From Amphiscolops sp. MND2022 (taxonomy: Eukaryota): 64,000 nucleotides of DNA. Below are positions 1 through 10,367 of the stretch, piece after piece. Where the stretch lies: positions 16,618,001-16,682,000 of the forward strand of contig OZ076409.1 of the NCBI GenBank assembly GCA_964187785.1, read 5' to 3'. The notes under the pieces are model-generated. The model searched no databases and had not been told where the DNA came from. It was given only the letters and a program-made list of their open reading frames with translations. Position 1 is the first letter of the stretch; each line of letters begins with the position of its first letter. The position numbers and the translations under genes are program-made.

Positions 1-101
1 TTTTTGAACAAGGAACAAGCTAGTCTGCACTAACTTAAAAGTTACGCGTATTTTGACCGAGAAAATTTTCGTATCATTGTACGTAATTTTGTTGTTAAGC
101 A

Positions 102-107
102 TATAAA
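102..107 (+). promoter_or_regulatory. TATA-like element ~27 bp upstream of 5S (repeated in every unit)
   Basis: TATAAA at about -27 from the 5S start, the usual position of upstream elements of 5S genes. Confidence 0.5.
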
Positions 108-128
108 GCTATTGATTTTACAATGATC

Positions 129-247
129 GGCTACGACCATACCATGTTGAATGCACCGGTTCTCGTCCGATCACCGAAGTTAAACAACATAGGGCCTGGT
201 TAGTACTTGGATGGGAGACCGCTTGGGAACACCAGGTGTTGTAGCCT
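129..247 (+). rRNA. 5S rRNA
   Basis: GGCTACGACCATACC...CCGAAGTTAA...GGTTAGTACTTGGATGGGAGACC...GTAGCC; ends pair; followed by T6. Confidence 0.98.
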
Positions 248-252
248 TTTTT
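247..252 (+). terminator. Pol III oligo-T terminator of 5S (every unit)
   Basis: TTTTTT directly after 5S. Confidence 0.85.
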
Positions 253-257
253 GTCAG

Positions 258-509
258 AAATGTGGTTTAACTTCGGTGACAGTTTTGCAAAAGGGGTCAA
301 ATTGAAAAGATAGCAAAAAACGGACAACGCCATTAGAAAGAGCGTCCAAAAAAACCCCCATGCTGAAATTTTCGCCGCCATCACTTGAATTTTCATTGAG
401 TTATGTCATTTTTACTATTTTCACAAAATGTGGTTTAACTTCGGTGACAGTTTTGCAAAAGGGGTCAAAATGAACAGATAGCAAAAAACGGACAACGGCA
501 TTGGAAAGA
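258..509 (+). repeat. Imperfect ~85-bp direct repeat pair in the spacer (about 258-342 and 426-509), every unit
   Basis: AAATGTGGTTTAACTTCGGTGACAGTTTTGCAAAAGGGGTCAAA...GCAAAAAACGGACAACG occurs twice per unit. Confidence 0.9.
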
Positions 510-806
510 GGGCCCAAAATTACCCCTAAAACGTGTTTTTCACACTCCTGAGTCGACTTTTGATAATACATAGAATTTCATTTTTAAGCTTACTAATTTA
601 TGCTTTTCAGCATACATTTTCGTAATAGAGTCAAAATTTTGCTTTCTCACAATTTTTCTGGAATATTTTTGTTTCATCAGATGTCAATAACTTGAAACGT
701 CGTCTTTTCATGAGAATTTCTCCTCAAAACAAGTTGTTGGCTGGTAATGGTAAGTCCGTACCGCAGATAGGAGTCTCGCGCTCCAAAAATTGACTCTTTG
801 CTTTTA

Positions 807-920
807 GCCTAATTGTTGTGATAAACTTATTAAATAGGTAAGTATTCCAACCCTATTGATAAGTTTTATTTGAAAGCAGACTGCGAAAGTGGTCTGCTGC
901 CCAATTTTTTGAACAAGGAA
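807..920 (+). ncRNA. Putative spliced-leader RNA (exon 807-837, donor GT 838-839); 3' end approximate
   Basis: AG/GTAAGT donor inside stem-loop I (AAACTTATTAAATAGG pairs with CCTATTGATAAGTTT); stem-loop II AGCAGACTGC-GAAA-GTGGTCTGCT 875-898; Sm-type AATTTTTTGA 903-912; linked to 5S. Confidence 0.85.
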
Positions 921-1033
921 CCAGCTAGTCTGCATTAACTTAAAAGTTACGCGTATTTTGACCGAGAAAATTTTCGTATCATTGTACGTTATTTTGTTGT
1001 TAAGCATATAAAGCTATTGATTTTACAATGATC

Positions 1034-1152
1034 GGCTACGACCATACCATGTTGAATGCACCGGTTCTCGTCCGATCACCGAAGTTAAACAACATAGGGC
1101 CTGGTTAGTACTTGGATGGGAGACCGCTTGGGAACACCAGGTGTTGTAGCCT
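1034..1152 (+). rRNA. 5S rRNA
   Basis: Copy of 129-247. Confidence 0.98.
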
Positions 1153-1711
1153 TTTTTGTCAGAAATGTGGTTTAACTTCGGTGACAGTTTTGCAAAAGGG
1201 GTCAAATTGAAAAGATAGCAAAAAACGGACAACGCCATTAGAAAGAGCGTCCAAAAAAACCCCCATGCTGAAATTTTCGCCGCCATCACTTGAATTTTCA
1301 TTGAGTTATGTCATTTTTACTATTTTCACAAAATGTGGTTTAACTTCGGTGACAGTTTTGCAAAAGGGGTCAAAATGAACAGATAGCAAAAAACGGACAA
1401 CGGCATTGGAAAGAGGGCCCAAAATTACCCCTAAAACGTGTTTTTCACACTCCTGAGTCGACTTTTGATAATACATAGAATTTCATTTTTAAGCTTACTA
1501 ATTTATGCTTTTCAGCATACATTTTCGTAATAGAGTCAAAATTTTGCTTTCTCACAATTTTTCTGGAATATTTTTGTTTCATCAGATGTCAATAACTTGA
1601 AACGTCGTCTTTTCATGAGAATTTCTCCTCAAAACAAGTTGTTGGCTGGTAATGGTAAGTCCGTACCGCAGATAGGAGTCTCGCGCTCCAAAAATTGACT
1701 CTTTGCTTTTA

Positions 1712-1825
1712 GCCTAATTGTTGTGATAAACTTATTAAATAGGTAAGTATTCCAACCCTATTGATAAGTTTTATTTGAAAGCAGACTGCGAAAGTGGTCT
1801 GCTGCCCAATTTTTTGAACAAGGAA
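1712..1825 (+). ncRNA. Putative SL RNA, uninterrupted
   Basis: Copy of 807-920. Confidence 0.85.
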
Positions 1826-1938
1826 CCAGCTAGTCTGCATTAACTTAAAAGTTACGCGTATTTTGACCGAGAAAATTTTCGTATCATTGTACGTAATTTT
1901 GTTGTTAAGCATATAAAGCTATTGATTTTACAATGATC

Positions 1939-2057
1939 GGCTACGACCATACCATGTTGAATGCACCGGTTCTCGTCCGATCACCGAAGTTAAACAACAT
2001 AGGGCCTGGTTAGTACTTGGATGGGAGACCGCTTGGGAACACCAGGTGTTGTAGCCT
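1939..2057 (+). rRNA. 5S rRNA
   Basis: Copy of 129-247. Confidence 0.98.
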
Positions 2058-2659
2058 TTTTTGTCAGAAATGTGGTTTAACTTCGGTGACAGTTTTGCAA
2101 AAGGGGTCAAATTGAAAAGATAGCAAAAAACGGACAACGCCATTAGAAAGAGCGTCCAAAAAAACCCCCATGCTGAAATTTTCGCCGCCATCACTTGAAT
2201 TTTCATTGAGTTATGTCATTTTTACTATTTTCACAAAATGTGGTTTAACTTCGGTGACAGTTTTGCAAAAGGGGTCAAAATGAACAGATAGCAAAAAACG
2301 GACAACGGCATTGGAAAGAGGGCCCAAAATTACCCCTAAAACGTGTTTTTCACACTCCTGAGTCGACTTTTGATAATACATGGAATTTCATTTTTAAGCT
2401 TACTAATTTATGCTTTTCAGCATACATTTTCGTAATAGAGTCAAAATTTTGCTTTCTCACAATTTTTCTGGAATATTTTTGTTTCATCAGATGTCAATAA
2501 CTTGAAACGTCGTCTTTTCATGAGAATTTCTCCTCAAAACAAGTTGTTGGCTGGTAATGGTAAGTCCGTACCGCAGATAGGAGTCTCGCGCTCCAAAAAT
2601 TGACTCTTTGCTTTTAGCCTAATTGTTGTGATAAACTTATTAAATAGGTAAGTATTCCA

Positions 2660-2754
2660 TTTTTGGAGTATATCTTGCCTGTTTGAGGTGTGAGTCGCAG
2701 CAATCATAGGTCCAAAACCAGTAACCAAAAACCAACCTGTACTTACTGTTTGAA
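2660..2754 (+). mobile_element. 95-bp non-coding insertion at the SL splice donor (mini-element, variant 1)
   Basis: Flanked by a 14-bp duplication AGGTAAGTATTCCA (2646-2659, 2755-2768); homologous to inserts at 3677 and 13679. Confidence 0.8.
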
Positions 2755-2952
2755 AGGTAAGTATTCCAACCCTATTGATAAGTTTTATTTGAAAGCAGAC
2801 TGCGAAAGTGGTCTGCTGCCCAATTTTTTGAACAAGGAACAAGCTAGTCTGCACTAACGTAAAAGTTACGCGTATTTTGACCGAGAAAATTTTCGTATCA
2901 TTGTACGTAATTTTGTTGTTAAGCATATAAAGCTATTGATTTTACAATGATC

Positions 2953-3071
2953 GGCTACGACCATACCATGTTTAATGCACCGGTTCTCGTCCGATCACCG
3001 AAGTTAAACAACATAGGGCCTGGTTAGTACTTGGATGGGAGACCGCTTGGGAACACCAGGTGTTGTAGCCT
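2953..3071 (+). rRNA. 5S rRNA (one substitution)
   Basis: Copy with ATGTTTAAT for ATGTTGAAT. Confidence 0.95.
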
Positions 3072-3676
3072 TTTTTGTCAGAAATGTGGTTTAACTTCGG
3101 TGACAGTTTTGCAAAAGGGGTCAAATTGAAAAGATAGCAAAAAACGGACAACGCCATTAGAAAGAGCGTCCAAAAAAACCCCCATGCTGAAATTTTCGCC
3201 GCCATCACTTGAATTTTCATTGAGTTATGTCATTTTTACTATTTTCACAAAATGTGGTTTAACTTCGGTGACAGTTTTGCAAAAGGGGTCAAAATGAACA
3301 GATAGCAAAAAACGGACAACGGCATTGGAAAGAGGGCCCAAAATTACCCCTAAAACGTGTTTTTCACACTCCTGAGTCGACTTTTGATAATACATGGAAT
3401 TTCATTTTTAAGCTTACTAATTTATGCTTTTCAGCATACATTTTCGTAATAGAGTCAAAATTTTGCTTTCTCACAATTTTTCTGGAATATTTTTGTTTCA
3501 TCAGATGTCAATAACTTGAAACGTCGTCTTTTCATGAGAATTTCTCCTCAAAACAAGTTGTTGGCTGGTAATGGTAAGTCCGTACCGCAGATAGGAGTCT
3601 CGCGCTCCAAAAATTGACTCTTTGCTTTTAGCCTAATTGTTGTGATAAACTTATTAAATAGGTAAGTATTCCAACC

Positions 3677-3789
3677 TCGGAATATTTCTTGCCTGTTTGA
3701 GGTGTGAATCACACATACTTATCAATAGGGCCCAAAAGCCAGTAACCAAAAACCAGTAACCAATAACCAACCTGTACTTACTGTTTGAA
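3677..3789 (+). mobile_element. 113-bp non-coding insertion at the SL splice donor (mini-element, variant 2)
   Basis: 17-bp duplication AGGTAAGTATTCCAACC (3660-3676, 3790-3806). Confidence 0.8.
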
Positions 3790-3987
3790 AGGTAAGTATT
3801 CCAACCCTATTGATAAGTTTTATTTGAAAGCAGACTGCGAAAGTGGTCTGCTGCCCAATTTTTCTAACAAGGAATAAGCTAGTCTGCACTAACTTAAAAG
3901 TTACGCGTATTTTGACCGAGAAAATTTTCGTATCATTGTACGTAATTTTGTTGTTAAGCATATAAAGCTATTGATTTTACAATGATC

Positions 3988-4106
3988 GGCTACGACCATA
4001 CCATGTTGAATGCACCGGTTCTCGTCCGATCACCGAAGTTAAACAACATAGGGCCTGGTTAGTACTTGGATGGGAGACCGCTTGGGAACACCAGGTGTTG
4101 TAGCCT
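3988..4106 (+). rRNA. 5S rRNA
   Basis: Copy of 129-247. Confidence 0.98.
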
Positions 4107-4665
4107 TTTTTGTCAGAAATGTGGTTTAACTTCGGTGACAGTTTTGCAAAAGGGGTCAAATTGAAAAGATAGCAAAAAACGGACGACGCCATTAGAAAGA
4201 GCGTCCAAAAAAACCCCCATGCTGAAATTTTCGCCGCCATCACTTGAATTTTCATTGAGTTATGTCATTTTTACTATTTTCACAAAATGTGGTTTAACTT
4301 CGGTGACAGTTTTGCAAAAGGGGTCAAAATGAACAGATAGCAAAAAACGGACAACGGCATTGGAAAGAGGGCCCAAAATTACCCCTAAAACGTGTTTTTC
4401 ACACTCCTGAGTCGACTTTTGATAATACATGGAATTTCATTTTTAAGCTTACTAATTTATGCTTTTCAGCATACATTTTCGTAATAGAGTCAAAATTTTG
4501 CTTTCTCACAATTTTTCTGGAATATTTTTGTTTCATCAGATGTCAATAACTTGAAACGTCGTCTTTTCATGAGAATTTCTCCTCAAAACAAGTTGTTGGC
4601 TGGTAATGGTAAGTCCGTACCGCAGATAGGAGTCTCGCGCTCCAAAAATTGACTCTTTGCTTTTA

Positions 4666-4779
4666 GCCTAATTGTTGTGATAAACTTATTAAATAGGTAA
4701 GTATTCCAACCCTATTGATAAGTTTTATTTGAAAGCAGACTGCGAAAGTGGTCTGCTGCCCAATTTTTTGAACAAGGAA
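4666..4779 (+). ncRNA. Putative SL RNA, uninterrupted
   Basis: Copy of 807-920. Confidence 0.85.
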
Positions 4780-4892
4780 CAAGCTAGTCTGCACTAACTT
4801 AAAAGTTACGCGTATTTTGACCGAGAAAATTTTCGTATCATTGTACGTAATTTTGTTGTTAAGCATATAAAGCTATTGATTTTACAATGATC

Positions 4893-5011
4893 GGCTACGA
4901 CCATACCATGTTGAATGCACCGGTTCTCGTCCGATCACCGAAGTTAAACAACATAGGGCCTGGTTAGTACTTGGATGGGAGACCGCTTGGGAACACCAGG
5001 TGTTGTAGCCT
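4893..5011 (+). rRNA. 5S rRNA
   Basis: Copy of 129-247. Confidence 0.98.
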
Positions 5012-5570
5012 TTTTTGTCAGAAATGTGGTTTAACTTCGGTGACAGTTTTGCAAAAGGGGTCAAATTGAAAAGATAGCAAAAAACGGACAACGCCATTAG
5101 AAAGAGCGTCCAAAAAAACCCCCATGCTGAAATTTTCGCCGCCATCACTTGAATTTTCATTGAGTTATGTCATTTTTACTATTTTCACAAAATGTGGTTT
5201 AACTTCGGTGACAGTTTTGCAAAAGGGGTCAAAATGAACAGATAGCAAAAAACGGACAACGGCATTGGAAAGAGGGCCCAAAATTACCCCTAAAACGTGT
5301 TTTTCACACTCCTGAGTCGACTTTTGATAATACATGGAATTTCATTTTTAAGCTTACTAATTTATGCTTTTCAGCATACATTTTCGTAATAGAGTCAAAA
5401 TTTTGCTTTCTCACAATTTTTCTGGAATATTTTTGTTTCATCAGATGTCAATAACTTGAAACGTCGTCTTTTCATGAGAATTTCTCCTCAAAACAAGTTG
5501 TTGGCTGGTAATGGTAAGTCCGTACCGCAGATAGGAGTCTCGCGCTCCAAAAATTGACTCTTTGCTTTTA

Positions 5571-5684
5571 GCCTAATTGTTGTGATAAACTTATTAAATA
5601 GGTAAGTATTCCAACCCTATTGATAAGTTTTATTTGAAAGCAGACTGCGAAAGTGGTCTGCTGCCCAATTTTTTGAACAAGGAA
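5571..5684 (+). ncRNA. Putative SL RNA, uninterrupted
   Basis: Copy of 807-920. Confidence 0.85.
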
Positions 5685-5797
5685 CAAGCTAGTCTGCACT
5701 AACTTAAAAGTTACGCGTATTTTGACCGAGAAAATTTTCGTATCATTGTACGTAATTTTGTTGTTAAGCATATAAAGCTATTGATTTTACAATGATC

Positions 5798-5916
5798 GAC
5801 TACGACCATACCATGTTGAATGCACCGGTTCTCGTCCGATCACCGAAGTTAAACAACATAGGGCCTGGTTAGTACTTGGATGGGAGACCGCTTGGGAACA
5901 CCAGGTGTTGTAGCCT
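5798..5916 (+). rRNA. 5S rRNA (G2A variant)
   Basis: Starts GACTAC instead of GGCTAC. Confidence 0.95.
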
Positions 5917-6492
5917 TTTTTGTCAGAAATGTGGTTTAACTTCGGTGACAGTTTTGCAAAAGGGGTCAAATTGAAAAGATAGCAAAAAACGGACAACGCC
6001 ATTAGAAAGAGCGTCCAAAAAAACCCCCATGCTGAAATTTTCGCCGCCATCACTTGAATTTTCATTGAGTTATGTCATTTTTACTATTTTCACAAAATGT
6101 GGTTTAACTTCGGTGACAGTTTTGCAAAAGGGGTCAAAATGAACAGATAGCAAAAAACGGACAACGGCATTGGAAAGAGGGCCCAAAATTACCCCTAAAA
6201 CGTGTTTTTCACACTCCTGAGTCGACTTTTGATAATACATGGAATTTCATTTTTAAGCTTACTAATTTATGCTTTTCAGCATACATTTTCGTAATAGAGT
6301 CAAAATTTTGCTTTCTCACAATTTTTCTGGAATATTTTTGTTTCATCAGATGTCAATAACTTGAAACGTCGTCTTTTCATGAGAATTTCTCCTCAAAACA
6401 AGTTGTTGGCTGGTAATGGTAAGTCCGTACCGCAGATAGGAGTCTCGCGCTCCAAAAATTGACTCTTTGCTTTTAGCCTAATTGTTGTGATA

Positions 6493-9024
6493 GAGAAAGT
6501 GAAAGAAATACTAGAAACATCTAAAGTCGCATCCGAAAAATTTGGGAACATTGTGTCTTGTCATGATATCTTTAAAGCGAAAACAAGAGATCAACTAAAA
6601 TACCTTAGTGCTACAAGCAAAAAGATGCTAGTGAAACAAAAAGAAAAAATTCAGATGGATATTGAAAAACTTGAAGAAAATTGTTCTAAGGGAAATTGTT
6701 CTGACCAACAGATCAAACAGAACTTAGAGCACCTGACATGCCTCAAAAATAATCTTCAATTGATCAAAAATGAAGAATCTGAAAATTCATTTCAACAAAT
6801 CAAAAACTTCTTTAGGGAAGCCAATGATGGAAACACAAAAAATATCAAATGCTTAGCGAAAGCCTCAAGCTTAGCTAAGGATATCAAAAAGATTGAAAAA
6901 CAAGATGGATCATTCACAGAAGATCCTGACGAAATTTTAAATGAATTCAAATCTTTTTATGAGAAATTTAGCCAACCAAAATGGAAACCAACAGAAACAT
7001 CCTCGAAATCTCAGGATAAATTCATTGAAAAGTTTTTTAAACAAAAAAGGAAAAGCATTGAAAACATTGAACAATTGTTCAAAGAAACGTTGGAGGACCC
7101 CGACAACGAAATCACAGTATATGAAGTTGAAAAAGCTATCTCTAAACTGAACTCAAACAGTGCTCCTGGATCCGATGGACTTACAAGTCAATTATACCAA
7201 AACCACAAAAACTTTTTTGCCCCGTATCTTTCAAATCTATTTAATAAAATCAATGAAAATGGAGAAGTTCCGGACTCATTTAAACATGCAATCATCAAAG
7301 TAATTCCTAAGAAAAATAATTCACTGAAGGTATCCGAATTTCGGCCAATTAGTCTCATTAATACGGATCAAAAAATTCTTTCTCATGTTCTAGCAGAAAG
7401 ACTCAAACCTATTTTATCAGTATTAATTGGTAATCATCAAAACGCTCATTTACCAAATAGAAATATACATATTGCCATACAAAAAATTCAGCATTACGCC
7501 CATGAAACTACTCGTAGTCAATCACTTATCGCTATTGACTTCAGTAAAGCTTTCGACTGTGTAGAGCGTAGCTTTTTACAAAAACTGATTGAAAAATGTC
7601 CAATCGATAAGTTTACTCAAGAAATGATTTTACTTACGTACAAGGATACTTATGCTTTCATTGGAATGAAAAATGGAATTTCCACAAAATTCAAAATAGA
7701 TAGAGGGGTGAGACAAGGCTGTCCTCTCTCAGCATTGATTTTCAATATTTGTCTTGAACCTCTTCTACAAAGAATTCAAAAATCAAAATACATAAAATCA
7801 AAACAACAAACAAAATGTATTGCCTACGCAGATGATATAACGATCAGCCTCTACAACAAATCTCTTCGGAAGCTATTGATTATTCTGGATCATTTTCACG
7901 AAATAGCAGGCTTAGAAGTTAATTTAGCCAAAACTGAAATCCTTTCGAAAGCGGACAAATTATTTGTATCGGAAAAACTAACAAGAGTTACCACAACAAA
8001 AATTCTTGGAGTTTACATTTCGCTGAATAAAACTCTCAAAAAAGAAACCAAGAACGCAATAACGAATGCTTTTAACTCAACAGAAAAGTTCATACTAAAA
8101 AATAGTTCGTTCCGTGCGAGAGCTAGAAATATTGAGACTTTTATCTACTCGAAATTAATTCATCATCTGAGACACGAAAATTTGTATAAAAAATTTCTTC
8201 GAAAAGTTCAATCGAAAATAATAGATGTTTTCTGGCTGTACAAAAAACACAATGTTAAAAAAAAAATTCTTGAGCTACCAATTGAAGAGGGCGGAGTAAA
8301 CCTCAAGAACTTCTCCAAATACTACCTAACTGCCAAGATTATGAACTTGAAGTTCCTAGCGGTTAACCCAAAGGAGAGAAAATACATACAAGAATTAAAG
8401 AAATCAAAATTTTTTTCAGAATTAGAAAAACACTTCGAAAAACAACACATTGAAATCCTAGAACTGAACCCAGAAGAACTTATAATCCAACATCATTTCA
8501 CTACGCTTAATATAACAAAAGAGACAACTTCGAAAGAAATTTATACTTTTTTGAACAACTCCTCAATAAACGTCCCACCGCCTCTAAAAACTGAAGTTAC
8601 TGCAACAAAACAAAATATAGCACCCGAAATTTTGAACTCAGTTACAAAGAACATCTGGAAAAACAAAAAACTCACTTCGTTTGATAAAAACTATCTTTAC
8701 TGCTTCCTAATGAATTCGTATCTAGATAAACAAGACAAGTGGCTTAAAAATCTTGTTCTCCAACCACTATGTTTCGCATGTGAAGCAGAATTTGAAACAT
8801 GGGACCATTTAATGTTTTCTTGTAAAAATTTGAAAACGTTAACATTGAAGTTGAACGTTTTTTCATGGAAGGAAATATGGCTTGATCGAAGTTGTCTCTC
8901 TCAAAAACTCCTTGTAGCAATAATGCTCTCGTCGTGGACAGAATCAATTGGAGACTACTTAAAATATTTTCTGGAACGTATGAAAGTAATACTAATACCA
9001 GTTGCAAATCTATCTGATAATTGA
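6493..9024 (+). CDS. Partial ORF2 (RT plus C-terminal CCHC zinc finger), N-terminally truncated but uninterrupted
   Basis: APGSDG, RPISLIN, IDFSKAFD, GVRQGCPLS, YADD, CFACEAEFETWDHLMFSC; begins just after the point where the EN domain ends in family B. Confidence 0.92.
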   Translation, partial: EKVKEILETSKVASEKFGNIVSCHDIFKAKTRDQLKYLSATSKKMLVKQKEKIQMDIEKLEENCSKGNCSDQQIKQNLEHLTCLKNNLQLIKNEESENSFQQIKNFFREANDGNTKNIKCLAKASSLAKDIKKIEKQDGSFTEDPDEILNEFKSFYEKFSQPKWKPTETSSKSQDKFIEKFFKQKRKSIENIEQLFKETLEDPDNEITVYEVEKAISKLNSNSAPGSDGLTSQLYQNHKNFFAPYLSNLFNKINENGEVPDSFKHAIIKVIPKKNNSLKVSEFRPISLINTDQKILSHVLAERLKPILSVLIGNHQNAHLPNRNIHIAIQKIQHYAHETTRSQSLIAIDFSKAFDCVERSFLQKLIEKCPIDKFTQEMILLTYKDTYAFIGMKNGISTKFKIDRGVRQGCPLSALIFNICLEPLLQRIQKSKYIKSKQQTKCIAYADDITISLYNKSLRKLLIILDHFHEIAGLEVNLAKTEILSKADKLFVSEKLTRVTTTKILGVYISLNKTLKKETKNAITNAFNSTEKFILKNSSFRARARNIETFIYSKLIHHLRHENLYKKFLRKVQSKIIDVFWLYKKHNVKKKILELPIEEGGVNLKNFSKYYLTAKIMNLKFLAVNPKERKYIQELKKSKFFSELEKHFEKQHIEILELNPEELIIQHHFTTLNITKETTSKEIYTFLNNSSINVPPPLKTEVTATKQNIAPEILNSVTKNIWKNKKLTSFDKNYLYCFLMNSYLDKQDKWLKNLVLQPLCFACEAEFETWDHLMFSCKNLKTLTLKLNVFSWKEIWLDRSCLSQKLLVAIMLSSWTESIGDYLKYFLERMKVILIPVANLSDN

Positions 9025-9115
9025 TGATATGATGCAATTCTGATCTAATGAATTCCAGATTGATCTTTTGTAAAAAAAAGTGTTGATATTATTCATGATT
9101 AATTGAATTTTTGAA
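6493..9115 (+). mobile_element. Family A non-LTR retrotransposon (L1/Tx1-like), 5'-truncated, in SL exon
   Basis: 18-bp TSD AGCCTAATTGTTGTGATA (6475-6492, 9116-9133); carries an RT reading frame lacking the endonuclease. Confidence 0.93.
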
Positions 9116-9116
9116 A

Positions 9117-9230
9117 GCCTAATTGTTGTGATAAACTTATTAAATAGGTAAGTATTCCCACCCTATTGATAAGTTTTATTTGAAAGCAGACTGCGAAAGT
9201 GGTCTCCTGCCCAATTTTTCGAACAAGGAA
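9117..9230 (+). ncRNA. SL RNA sequence regenerated downstream of insertion (separated from its upstream spacer)
   Basis: TSD restores the full exon; carries some substitutions in stem II and the Sm site. Confidence 0.55.
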
Positions 9231-9343
9231 CAAGCTAGTCTGCACTAACTTAAAAGTTACGCGTATTTTGACCGAGAAAATTTTCGAATCATTGTACGTA
9301 ATTTTGTTGTTAAGCATATAAAGCTATTGATTTTACAATGATC

Positions 9344-9462
9344 GGCTACGACCATACCATGTTGAATGCACCGGTTCTCGTCCGATCACCGAAGTTAAAC
9401 AACATAGGGCCTGGTTAGTACTTGGATGGGAGACCGCTTGGGAACACCAGGTGTTGTAGCCT
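9344..9462 (+). rRNA. 5S rRNA
   Basis: Copy of 129-247. Confidence 0.98.
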
Positions 9463-10021
9463 TTTTTGTCAGAAATGTGGTTTAACTTCGGTGACAGTTT
9501 TGCAAAAGGGGTCAAATTGAAAAGATAGCAAAAAACGGACAACGCCATTAGAAAGAGCGTCCAAAAAAACCCCCATGCTGAAATTTTCGCCGCCATCACT
9601 TGAATTTTCATTGAGTTATGTCATTTTTACTATTTTCACAAAATGTGGTTTAACTTCGGTGACAGTTTTGCAAAAGGGGTCAAAATGAACAGATAGCAAA
9701 AAACGGACAACGGCATTGGAAAGAGGGCCCAAAATTACCCCTAAAACGTGTTTTTCACACTCCTGAGTCGACTTTTGATAATACATGGAATTTCATTTTT
9801 AAGCTTACTAATTTATGCTTTTCAGCATACATTTTCGTAATAGAGTCAAAATTTTGCTTTCTCACAATTTTTCTGGAATATTTTTGTTTCATCAGATGTC
9901 AATAACTTGAAACGTCGTCTTTTCATGAGAATTTCTCCTCAAAACAAGTTGTTGGCTGGTAATGGTAAGTCCGTACCGCAGATAGGAGTCTCGCGCTCCA
10001 AAAATTGACTCTTTGCTTTTA

Positions 10022-10135
10022 GCCTAATTGTTGTGATAAACTTAATAAATAGGTAAGTATTCCAACCCTATTGATAAGTTTTATTTGAAAGCAGACTGCG
10101 AAAGTGGTCTGCTGCCCAATTTTTTGAACAAGGAA
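10022..10135 (+). ncRNA. Putative SL RNA, uninterrupted (one exon substitution)
   Basis: Copy of 807-920 with CTTAATAAATAG. Confidence 0.8.
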
Positions 10136-10248
10136 CAAGCTAGTCTGCACTAACTTAAAAGTTACGCGTATTTTGACCGAGAAAATTTTCGTATCATTGT
10201 ACGTAATTTTGTTGTTAAGCATATAAAGCTATTGATTTTACAATGATC

Positions 10249-10367
10249 GGCTACGACCATACCATGTTGAATGCACCGGTTCTCGTCCGATCACCGAAGT
10301 TAAACAACATAGGGCCTGGTTAGTACTTGGATGGGAGACCGCTTGGGAACACCAGGTGTTGTAGCCT
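10249..10367 (+). rRNA. 5S rRNA
   Basis: Copy of 129-247. Confidence 0.98.

Noticed and set aside
264..271. GGTTTAAC resembling the nematode SL1 start
   Set aside because: Only 7 nt match, with no donor or Sm site following
118..396. Repeated 92-aa minus-strand ORF
   Set aside because: Antisense to 5S rRNA; recurs only because the unit is repeated; broken in some copies
804..1007. Repeated 67/68-aa minus-strand ORF
   Set aside because: Antisense to the SL RNA region; no protein-like motifs
3690..3790. Hammerhead ribozyme in the mini-element
   Set aside because: CTGTTTGA plus hairpin only loosely resembles CUGANGA, and no GAAA follows the stem
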